Below, in pieces: positions 11,943 through 22,193 of a stretch of 33,388 nt of DNA. The notes below the pieces were generated by a model. The model ran no database searches. It was given only the letters and a program-made list of their open reading frames with translations, and was not told the origin of the DNA. Location of the stretch: contig JAUCBJ010008721.1 of assembly GCA_032718475.1 (NCBI GenBank), positions 1-33,388 on the forward strand. Reading direction: 5' to 3'. A program made the translations under genes and the position numbers. Positions within the stretch are counted from its first letter, which is position 1; the number at the start of each line of letters is the position of its first letter. This DNA is from Nemertoderma westbladi (Eukaryota; Animalia; Xenacoelomorpha).

Positions 11943-13274
11943 ATGATAGATGGGTTAATACGTGTTGGAGGGAGATTAACTAATGCTCCATTGTCCTTTG
12001 ACACTAAGTTTCCCATACTCATTAGAAATCTTGAAATACAAATCAAGATGATTGTAGATGTTCACAGTAGGCTTTACCATGCTGGTAGAGAACGAGTTCT
12101 TAGCGAAATTCGAACTCGCTATTATTTCCATAAACCCTGTAGAGCTCTGAACCAAGTTCTTAGGAACTGTATACCCTGTAGGAAAGCATTCAGTAGGCCT
12201 TTAACACAGCGAGAGGCAGAATTACCTAGGGAACGAGTAAGCTCCTATAAACCACCCTTAACTAATACTGTTGTGGATTTATTTGGCCCTATTGAAGTAT
12301 ATCGTGCTGGGACTATAGTCAAGCAATGGTGTGTCATCTTTGTCTGTATGACTTGTAGAGCGATCCATCTAGATATGGTGAACGATCTATCTACCAACAG
12401 CTTCATACTGAGTTTACGCCGACAGATTGCTCGTTTAGGGACTAGCAACACTATGAGATCCGACAAAGGAACGAACTTCATTGGCACCAATACTGAGATC
12501 AAGGCTTACGTGAAAGATTGGAACCAAAGACAGGTGGACGATCAGCTAAGAGTAACAGCATCTAGCTGGACATTCAACACCGCCGACGCCCCTTAGTGGG
12601 GAGAAAGTTGGGAGAGATTAATACAGAGCGTGAAGACCGCATTTCACTTTATAGTGCCGTGCCGCGCGTATCTCACCGACGAACTTTTGCGGACGTTAAT
12701 GTAAGAAATCGCCCCCTTTCTTAACGAGAGACCGCTTATGCCAGTCTCATCGAGTCCCGACTCCCTAGAAGCGCTAACACCCGCGCATTTCCTACTGAAG
12801 AAACCTGTAGCCATGCTCCCGCAATCGGAAATCACGGACGGAGACGAATACTGCCAACAAACTTGGCAACTTATGCAGTTATTATCCCGTCGTTTCGCTG
12901 ACCATTTCGAATAACATTATCTTCCTACGCTACAACTTTGCACAAAGTGGTTTGCGCAGCAAGAAAACGTCAGCGCCGGAGACATGGTCCTTATTGTGGA
13001 ATCAGATCTTCCACGTAAGAGATGGCAGACAGGTCGTATCATCGAGACTCATATATCCGATGATGGTTTAGTGCGATCGGTAGAACTCGTTGTTATGCGA
13101 CGTAACTTTAAGAAACCTGGAATTTTATTCGAAACACAACAACTTAATCGCCCAGTTGGTCGTTTATGTTTACAGGAAAGAGACAGAGAGTTATCCGGAA
13201 ACTATGGAAGGCAAGATACTCTTCCCACAACCACCTCCCTAATCCAACAAACATCCAGGGACTCCCCAACGTAA
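11943..13274 (+). pseudogene. BEL/Pao integrase and C-terminal domain; 5'-truncated pol fragment with in-frame stops
   Basis: DGLIRVGGRL, H...HAG, C..C, VDLFGP, IFVCMTCRAIHL, SDKGTNF, P*WGESWERL, RPL, LTPAHFL and RWQTGRI...DGLVRSV, all in one frame. Confidence 0.92.
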
Positions 13275-13448
13275 CAGCGTCTGGAGTGGGTGTGTGACTA
13301 CATTATTTTATATTTGTTATTTTTTTATTATTTTTATATTTATGTATGCATTATTATGTAATTTTATTATTATAATCGTTTTCTTTAATTTTATTTAGTA
13401 GAATAATATTTTAACGATTATTCAGTATATATATAGCAATATATATAT

Positions 13449-14042
13449 TGCGACGGGATCCGTGGACCCCGATTTATCCGTGTGGGTTTTCCTATCTACG
13501 CGTCCCCGCCGTGTGTGTGAAAAGGTTCTTTAAGAGTTCCAAAGTTCTTGATTTATATGAAGGTATATGGTAATATGACATAAGCACATTTAATCAGGGT
13601 TAAAGTCAGCAAAGATGTACTGCTAAATAGGTATTACATATAGTGGTGGTAGCGGACGGTGATAGAAGTCGCCGTTCCACCCTAACTGAACTGACTGAGT
13701 AAACTGAGCAAGTAACACAGTTACCGGTAATATATATTGCACCATTGGCTGTAATTACACTACTCAGCTGATGCCTTCCCCCCATTGGCTAATAACTCAC
13801 TTCTCACCCTCTGCCCTGCGGGGGTGTTTCCCCCCCCCCCCCCCCCCCCCGCTGCTGTTACTTTCCTTCTCCCCGGAGGCTTAACCTCTGACCTCCATTG
13901 TGTGAGGCCCTCTGGGGTTTGTCGTCCCCGTTTTATTGGGGTGACACGAGGTTGATATTGGTAATCAACCTCGTGTTCCCAATATTGCTGAATGGCGCTC
14001 TTTCCCACCTTGTGGGGTGTTAGCGGAATTGATTCGCTAACA
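13449..14042 (-). repeat. 3' LTR of the nested BEL element
   Basis: Direct repeat of 20547-21140. Plus-strand CTCCCCCC at 14043-14050 is the PPT. Confidence 0.95.
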
Positions 14043-14567
14043 CTCCCCCCATGCTATCTTCCCGGTGAGAAGATAGCATCAACTTCTAGTGCGCTTCAAT
14101 TCCGCTGGATGCCGATCTATTATCGGATGTGGGGTGGAGTTATTTTTTTGAAGTCGGCTTTCCAGGCCGCTCCCTATGGGTATGATGTCACTACCCTCTG
14201 GCGCCTCGTGTCGGGCCGATCGTGCGCTTCTTTCACACAACTTTTGTTTCCCCAACACTCTCACCACTCTAACTCCGCTCTCTAACTCAACTCGCTCGTA
14301 CCCTCTCCCCACACCTGAATCGCACTCTTCTATCTCGCCAACAGCTCTTCTCACTATCTCATCTCTACTCTCTGCCACTCCCTAAGGCCCTAATCTCTAA
14401 TGCTACCCCTGTGCTATCATACTATCTAACTCTCTAACTTACTAACTCGAACTATCTCTCTAAGCCTACTAACTCTAACTCTAACTCTGCTAACCACTAA
14501 CTCTACTCTCTGCTAAGTCTACTAACTCTTACCCTACTACTACCTCTAACTCTGCTACCACCTTTAT

Positions 14568-15320
14568 CTACGTGGCGCTTGTGGTGCCCACAACCATTCT
14601 ACTATTACTTCCCTCTACGTGGCGCTTGCGGTGCCCACAACCTCTCTACTACTACTTCTACTCTGCTACTAACACTCTACTTCTACTAACTCTCTCTAAC
14701 TCTTACCAACTCTTCTACTCTTCTAACTACGTGGCGCTTGAGGTGCCCACAACCACTCTACTACTACTTCCATCTATGTGGCGCTTCCGGTGCCCACAAC
14801 CTCTCTACTATCTGGCACCCTATGTGCCCGTCTCTACTACTCTACTACCTCTAACTCTCTAACCCTACTACCTGGCACCCTATGTGCCCTCTCTACTACC
14901 CTACTACCCGGCACCTTATGTGCCCACTCTTCTACTCTACTATCTGGCACCCTATGTGCCCTCTCTACTACTCTACTACCTCTAACTCTCCACCTCCACT
15001 ACTACCTCTATCTACGTGGCGCTTCCGGTGCCCACAACCCCCCTACTACTACTCGTGGCATGACAAAATGCCACACTCCCTTACCCCGCCGCCTTCTAAC
15101 TTACTCTCCTTCTACGTGGTGCTTACAGTGCCCACAACCCCCCTACTACTACTCGTGGCATGACAATATGCCACACTCCCTTACCCGCCGACTTCTAACC
15201 TAACCTACTTCTTCTACGTGGCACTTACAGCGCCCACAACCCCCCTACTACTACTCGTGCATTACAATATGCCACACTCCCTTACCCCGCTGCCTTCTAA
15301 CCTAACCTACTTCTTCTACC
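14568..15320. repeat. Compound tandem array in the BEL element's 3' region (short hairpin motifs in CTA-rich spacers, including three roughly 100-bp units)
   Basis: TACGTGGCGCTT..GGTGCCCACAACC occurs 7 times (later copies with substitutions), GGCACC(C/T)TATGTGCCC 4 times, and roughly 100-bp units start at 15013, 15113 and 15215. Confidence 0.9.
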
Positions 15321-15495
15321 TTACTTACTACTAACTATCTGACTACTAACTCCTTACTATCTTCTACTAACTATTTATTATTTAATTATTTATTATTATT
15401 TATTTTTAATTAAATAATTAATTTTCTTGTGGGAAGGGCGTCTCGCCCTCATTCCCACCCCCCTCAGTCCAAAACATTGGACGACTAAACTTCAC

Positions 15496-18286
15496 CTAAC
15501 TAGGGCAATTCTTCCAACAGGCACTCTCCCACTGCTCCCCTTGTAGGTCCTGTAGGATTCGCCGCACTCTCCTCGCCAATTCCAACTCACCAGGAATTGG
15601 TTCTCTCGCTTCTGCCACCCTGAAATCGGGTCTCTCCGCCGCCTTCTTAACTATCTCGACTCCTGGCATCAAAATGCCACCTCCCACCTTGTTGTCTCCC
15701 GGCGGCAGAATGAAAAGAAAGTGAAAGAACAGGCAAAACAGAAGGTACAATAATAGTCCTATCCCTTTCCATCCTGTCTTCCTTCTCGACTTCCCCCTTG
15801 TCGGTATGCCTCTCAACCGGACCGGCGTCTCTTCCGGACACTCCTCTGGACACTCCTCCGGACACTCATCCGGACTATTGTCCCCCTGACACTCCACCGG
15901 ATACTCCTCTGGAGTGTTGTCCTCTGGACATCTCGCCGTCCGCTCCTCTCCATCTCCATACTGATGCTTGTTGGGAAATCCATTCTCCTCCGCCAATTCT
16001 CCTTCTTCTACTTCCCTGTCTGGCTCTACTATCTCCTGTTTCTCCTCTTCTGCGTCCTCTGCGTCTATGGTGCCTGGTAACATGCACCCTGATGTCTCTG
16101 TCACACTGCATGGGATCTTGGTTTTAACTGGGCCGCTAAGCATCCATCCGAACGGCGTGAGGATCGCCATCGGGTCCCGCTGCCTCTCTTCGCCGAAGAC
16201 CGTCTGTGTTCTCTCGTGGGCCGTTGGGCAGTCCATTCCTACTATAATGGACACCTTCCTAACGTCCACCTTTGGTATTGAGATATCGATACCATCCAGG
16301 AATCTATACTGCTCGACCTCAATGTTAGTTTGTCGCCTGGCGTTGATATTTATCAATTCTATGACGTGGATGGGGTCGATCGTCGCCCCATAGTCGCATC
16401 CCGGTGCAATCGCTGCTATCCTGCACCACCCCGTCCTCGTCTCCAGGACCTCATCCTTACTTGAGACGGTAGTTACCGCCATTCTATTCGGCCTCATCTT
16501 TAGCCCTATCTCTTCGGCCACCCAGTTCTCCACCAGCGTGAAGGCTGCTCCATTGTCGACCAGCATTAATGTCGTTACTGATCGACTGCCCTCTCCTGAT
16601 ATCTTCACTGGTACTACCCCGAGTAGTACTTTTCTCTTCTTCTCCTCTTCTGTCGTGCTTGTAGCCATTGTTTGGCCTCCAGTCTCGGACTCTCTAACTG
16701 CTGTTTCTCTACACTCTCCGGATCTGTGTCCTTCTACCACACATCGATGACATAGTCCGTTTGCGTCTGTGTAGGCTATACGATCTTGTTTGGGCAACAC
16801 TTGCCACTGCTTACAACTCCTGGTCTTATGGGTTCCATCCCGATGTAATTGACATTCGAATCCTGGATTATAGCGTTCCCTGTATAGTCCCTCACGTATC
16901 GCGCGTAGGTTTATATGTACTGATTTAGTGTTTTGGTTGTCTGTACTTGGCCTACTGGGCATGTTGGGATTGTGTTTATTTATGGTGTTATTTTCTTTCC
17001 GTGCCTGCCACGGTGTGGCCCTACTCCCAGCTAACTGTGGACTAGCATTTCCCTGTGTGGCCGCGTGTGGTAGCGACTGTCTCACTCTCGAGAATGGGTC
17101 TGTCGGATTATGTTTGGGTTTAGGCCAGTTGTATTCGATCTTTAGTGCCTTCCCCAAACTATCCTCGCTATAGACTGGGTCTGTTATTAGTTCGACTTCG
17201 TAGTTAAGGAAACTTGACATCTTTTCTAGGCCTGGTTCCGCACCCTTCTTCTCCCGTGTGGAGAAGGCGATCTTCCTCCATTTACTCCGCAGCCATATCG
17301 GTAGTGCCTGCACTATCGTGGTGATGTTGTTAGACGCGTTGAGTTCGTATGGTGCGTCTAGCGTCTTTAGCACAATTAACACCTTCTCGACCTTGTTCAC
17401 AAAGGTCTTTATGCTAACGGGATTATCCTGTAGGCCACCCGATGTTATGCCTCTCAGGGTTTGCCAGATGATCTTGGCCGGGTGCCCGTATTCCCTGTCC
17501 AGTGCCTGCCATGCCGTCGTGAAGCCGCCCTCGATGCCCTGGTATTGCCTCACGATGTCGTATGCTGGGCCTCCTGTATATACTTGCAGATATTTTAGGC
17601 ACTCCGCCTGCGTCAAGTTCTTTGTTAGTATTTCATTACTATACATGCGCCGAAACTGTAGGTATTCTTCCAGCCTACTCCCATCGAATTTAAACGGTTC
17701 CACAGGTGGTAACTCGATCCTGGTCTTCAATGCATTGATTAATGTGGCCATTCCCATCGCTTGCGCTTCCAATGGGTTCGATGGATGTTGTATAGATTCT
17801 CCTGTTGAGTGCGGTCCGTTCGTCCTATCTGTTGATTTTTGCGTCGGATATATCATTGGGGGTAACGGCCCCCTCCATATTTCCATGTCGCACGACCTGT
17901 TCTCGTCCAAGGGGTTTGATGTTCTTGCTCCTATTGGGGTATATTGTTGATATTGTGATGGGGGAATGTCACCCTGTCCCCCCCCCCCCCCCCCCCGCCG
18001 GTATGTTTGGTACTGGGGTTGATGTTAATATATTGGGGCCCATGCACCTATCCGCAATAATTTCCCCCTCCCCTGGATATATGTAATGTCCTTGTGTATT
18101 ATAGTCATGCTGCTGTACCGGTACCGATATAGGCCTATTCACTTCTTGCCTACCTACCAGTATGTACTCCGCGACTTCCGGGTTTAATCCCATCGTCCGC
18201 GCTACCCTATCGCCTACTCTATCTCTCCCAGCATAGCCCATAATAGCATGTGCAGTAAGGCCTACAGTATGTCCTGCAGTCTGCAT
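15496..18286 (-). CDS. gag: BEL/Pao gag-protease polyprotein with an atypical C-terminal tail; one frameshift in the poly-C tract near 17980
   Basis: LPPVEPFKFDG...YLQF (BEL gag core), CQLH...H...C and CHRC....H....C knuckles, protease LVDNGA, IVGMD, TPFGWMLSGP. The 804-aa frame stays open up to the homopolymer and joins ORF 17969-18286. Confidence 0.85.
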
Positions 18287-18349
18287 GTGCCCTTCCGAAT
18301 CGAAGTTTATTCTTCTCGAATCTCGAATCTCCCCGCGACTACCGCACTC

Positions 18350-20490
18350 TCAATCAGCAGCTATATCCCGTCTTGAAGCTTCTCTCCGATCCCCACTCCT
18401 GTTCTCGACTTCGTATCAGTACGTCCTGTACCCCTCTCTTGGCGTGCGGTGCGTTTCTCCGGGGCGACGGCAATCTCCCGAAGTTCGACCCCACTGACTC
18501 CCTAACTCCATCTCTACTATCGACGGCTCGCTATCCGTCCTCGCTCTCCGGTTGCTCCTAGCAACGACTCTTCTATTATCTTCACTTCGTCTCTCTTCAA
18601 CCTCTCGGTTAAACTATACTATTCTTCTTCTATCTTCGACCTCTCGGTTAAACTCTACTAATATTCTTCTCTCTTGTGACTGGGCTCGGCGTCTCGTCGC
18701 TTGCCCACTCTCCTGTCACTTCACTATCTCTTACTACACTTTTGCGTCCCTCTTGTCGGACACTCTCTACCCCCCCTCTCTCGCCACTAATCTTCCGTGG
18801 TGGGGCGCCCGTAGCCCCCCCCCCCCCCACTTGCCACTTCTACCTTCACTATCTCTTATATCTCTTACTACACTTCTACACCCCTCTTGTGGGGCATTCA
18901 CTGCCCCCCCTCTCTCGCCACTAATCTTCTGTGGTGGGGCGCCCGTAGCCCCCCCCCCCCCCCCCCCCACTCGCCACATCTAACTTCACTATCTCTTACT
19001 CCACTTCTACACCCCTCTCTAGTCGACACACTGTCTCTACTACGGCTGGGTCTATTCACCCCCGCCTCCTCCCGCCTACTAACTGCGTGGCCTACCAGGC
19101 CTCACCTCGGGTTGGCTCAACCCCGACTACTCCCGGCCTACTAACTGCGCGGCCTGCCAGGCCCCCTTCGGGTTGGCTCAACCCCGCCACTTCCTGCCTA
19201 CTAGCTACGTGGCCAACCAAGCCCTCACTTGCCGGGTTATGCACGTCCGAGACGTTCATTGTTAAATCAATTAAATTCCCTAAATCCATTAAATTATTAG
19301 AATTATTAGAATTTGAAACGGGAATATTATTCAAATTATTTAAATTAGAATTATTATTATTTTCAAGATTTAAATTATTATTCGAATTATTTGAATTATT
19401 CGGAATATTTGAATTAATATTATTATTTGAATTAAAATTTAAATTACCAGGTAAAATATTTCCTGTAATAAAGGGATTAGGGTTATTTACTACGGTACTA
19501 TTAATACCAACAGTTCCTAACGTACTACTACTACCCCCCCCCCACCCCCCACCCCCCCCCCCCCCCGCCCGTACGGCTACTGTGCGTACTGTACGTGTAC
19601 CGTCACGCTCTGTTCTCTTGCCTCACGCTCTTCGCGTTCACTCTCTAATGCTCCTTCCTTTCTAGTCCTTAAATTTATATGCTGCCAGATCCATCTCCCG
19701 CACCCGTCTTTCTTTTGCGGAGGATGTAGCAGACTTATCGGTTGTGACGGATTCCCTCCGCCTTCCCGTCCTACTGGCTCTCCCCCGCCTCCCGGAACTC
19801 CCACCGACCGATGAGACCAAATCCACGGGGTCAACCTCGGATTCGCCCTCCTGCGGTCTCCTCCAACCTACTAATTTTACTCCCCGGGCATCGACTAAGT
19901 ATGGCCCTATGTACACTACACTAGGCTGCATACCCCTATACTCCCATAGTTCAAGCAGTTCGCTGGCAACCCCTCTCGCTCTCTCGCTGGCTAGTTCTTC
20001 CTGCCCAAAACGCTTTAAATAGTCAAAGTATCTGTTCGACTCACCTAGCTGCCTCTTCAACTTCACCTGGTCTATCTCGGCCCCTCATCTAGCTTCCTTC
20101 AGTTGCTCCTGGGTCGCGGCGTAGGCTCGTCGGAGCCGGTCTCTGACCCCGACGTCCTCGTCGCCGACATCTCCTCTCTCCCTCCGGGTCCGGCGTCATA
20201 CCGGCGGCTCCACCATTGCCGTTCCGGTGGGCCGTCCGTCGCCCTCGGCCTGTGGCTGGCCGGCGACATCGGTACGTCTACCGCCGCTGTGTGTCGACTC
20301 GTCTCTCTCTCCTCTCGACTCGTCTTTCCCTTCTCGTTGTAGACGGCCCCCCTCCTCTTGGATTGCCGGATCGCGGGTGGTCGGCGTATCCGGCATCGTG
20401 GGTCGGTACCGTCTCGTCGCGGCCTCGCGGATCATTAGATCGTCGTCCGGGGTCCGCAGCGGTGTCGTCTTTTCTTCTCGACTCATCGCC
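18350..20490 (-). pseudogene. Probable decayed N-terminal extension of the BEL gag (low-complexity, Asn-rich, internally repeated)
   Basis: Successive minus-strand ORF pieces (20196-20546, 19662-20066, 19092-19334, 18767-18979, 18648-18830) with an S/R-rich then charged segment, poly-Gly and an Asn-rich tract. Confidence 0.45.
18719..19215. repeat. Two internal tandem duplications (about 130 bp and about 60 bp)
   Basis: CTTCACTATCTCTTA...CTCGCCACTAATCTTC.GTGGTGGGGCGCCCGTAGCCCC is repeated (about 18719, 18845, partial at 18984). CTACTAACTGCG.GGCCT.CCAGG...GGGTTGGCTCAACCCCG is repeated near 19076 and 19138. Confidence 0.8.
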
Positions 20491-20546
20491 TTTACTTTAT
20501 CACTTGGTGGCTGGCAGTCACAGCTTGGGTTTCGGAGTTCTATCAC

Positions 20547-21140
20547 TGTGACGGGATCTGTGGACCCCGATTTATCCGTGTGGGTTTTCCTATCTACGCG
20601 TCCCCGCCGTGTGTGTGAAAAGGTTCTTTAAGAGTTCCAAAGTTCTTGATTGATATGAAGGTATATGGTAATATGACATAAGCACAATTAATCAGGGTTA
20701 AAGTCAGCAAAGATGTACCGGTAAATAGGTATTACATATAGTGGCGGTAGCGGACGGTGATAGAAGTCGCCATTCCACCCTAACTGAACTGACTGAGTAA
20801 ACTGAGCAAGTAACACAGTTACCGGTAATATATATTGCACCGTTGGCCGTAATTACACTACTCAGCCAATGCCTTCCCCCCATTGGCTAATAACTCACTT
20901 CTCACCCTCTGCCCTGTGGGGGTGTTTCCCCCCCCCCCCCCCCCCACCGCTGCTGTTACTTTCCTTCTCCCCGGAGGCTTAACCTCTGACCTCCATTGTG
21001 TGAGGCCCCCTGGGGTTTGTCATCCCCGTTTTATTGGGGTGACACGAGGTTGATATTGGTAATAAACCTCGTGTTTCCAATATTGCTGAATGGCGCTCTT
21101 TCCCACCTTGTGGGGTGTTAGTGGAATTGATTCGCTAACA
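20547..21140 (-). repeat. 5' LTR of the nested BEL element
   Basis: Direct repeat of 13449-14042. Confidence 0.95.
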
Positions 21141-21529
21141 TATATATATATGTAGCAATATATATTCGTGTTTATTACTTAATTACTTAGCATTATATAT
21201 TTCGTTTAACGGCGAGAAATAATTCATTTTCTCTTTCCTTACTGTCCATCTCATATTATAAATACGTGACTACAGTAAGATGAAATGTCCTTACTTATTA
21301 AAAGTACAATACTGCCCCTACTATACTCAAGTATGATTGGTAAGTAGAGTATTACGAATGCAAAGTTCAGATCCTCATGTCTCGGCTAAACCAAGCTCTG
21401 GGTAGAGCTTGGAAACGACTTGCCTCTAGTCACTGACATTGCTTCTTGCAATATTGCTCTCATACCATATATTAAATAATACATATAGTAGAATGATGTC
21501 CATTTAACAGTAGCGTTAAAACGCAAAAT

Positions 21530-21900
21530 AAATCTGTTAAACCCTTTGACCATCTGAAATTCTAGTCGATTAAGATTTCGCGGCACCCACCGATATACTT
21601 GAAAGACAAAATTATAGAATCAGTGGTTAACGTCCCCAGACATGTTCTGGAATAAATCGGTGCCCATCTTAAATATTAAATATTTAATAAATATTTATAA
21701 AATCTGTTAAAACAAATGTTACAATAGAGTAAATGCTGATAAATTAACTCAAGAAAGTTTGTAAATCAAAAATCTGTTAAAATTTAGATCCTTTAAAATT
21801 CTAGTCGATTAAGATATCGTAGCATTTACCGATACTCTTAAAAAGACAAAATTCCTAGAATTAAGGATCCTAGTCCCCAGACATGTTCTGGAATAAAATT
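21530..21900. repeat. Diverged direct duplication with a period of about 240 bp
   Basis: AAATCTGTTAA...TTCTAGTCGATTAAGAT...ACCGATA...AAAGACAAAATT...GTCCCCAGACATGTTCTGGAATAAA occurs at about 21530-21656 and 21770-21896. Confidence 0.85.
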
Positions 21901-22193
21901 GTGTCTATTTTAAGTGTGTAAAGTGTGTTTACAGTAGCGAGTCGCAGTTGTGAAAGTTGCCCTGCCTCTGTAGCAAGAACCTCCAGTAAATCTAAGCCCT
22001 TGGGACGGACAGTGGAGTGACTCGCGCTGGTTATTGTTGTCATTGTGTAGCTACTACATTGGCGAGAGGCACAGCGACGACAGTACATCAGCGCTGAGGA
22101 TCTTGCGCTGTCCGGGGGCATTGAGGGGGAGGCAGCGACGACCGCTGGCCTAAATATAACTAATTATAATATCAATAAACTCATATAGCAGCT

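Larger units (their letters stand above)
13449..21140 (-). mobile_element. Non-autonomous BEL/Pao LTR element (gag-protease only)
   Basis: 594-bp TG...CA LTRs (13449-14042 and 20547-21140; about 19 differences by manual count), TSD TATAT, PPT GGGGGGAG next to the 3' LTR, BEL-type gag and protease, and no RT, RNase H or integrase motifs between the LTRs. Confidence 0.92.
13291..21438 (+). repeat. Probable 3' LTR of the BEL integrase fragment, split into 13291-13448 and 21146-21438 by the nested element
   Basis: Purine-rich GGAGTGGG precedes TGTGTGACTA at 13291. The candidate end TAGTCACTGACA at 21438 is an imperfect inverted copy of the start. The AT-rich sequence resumes across the TATAT TSD. 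Confidence 0.55.

Noticed and set aside
14568-15320. CRISPR-like repeat/spacer appearance
   Set aside because: The spacers are low-complexity and themselves repeated, the spacing is irregular, there are no cas genes, and the array lies inside a eukaryotic LTR element.
15798-19665. Plus-strand ORFs such as 17258-17950 and 19087-19665
   Set aside because: They are antisense to gag or its low-complexity extension; the Leu/Phe richness mirrors Asn-rich codons on the other strand.
11943-21140. BEL integrase fragment and gag-protease as one rearranged element
   Set aside because: They are on opposite strands, and the gag element has its own LTR pair and TSD, so this is a nested insertion.
21990-22160. 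Possible env C-terminal TM remnant (LALVIVVIV*LLHW...)
   Set aside because: Too short, interrupted by stops, and with no upstream ectodomain evidence.
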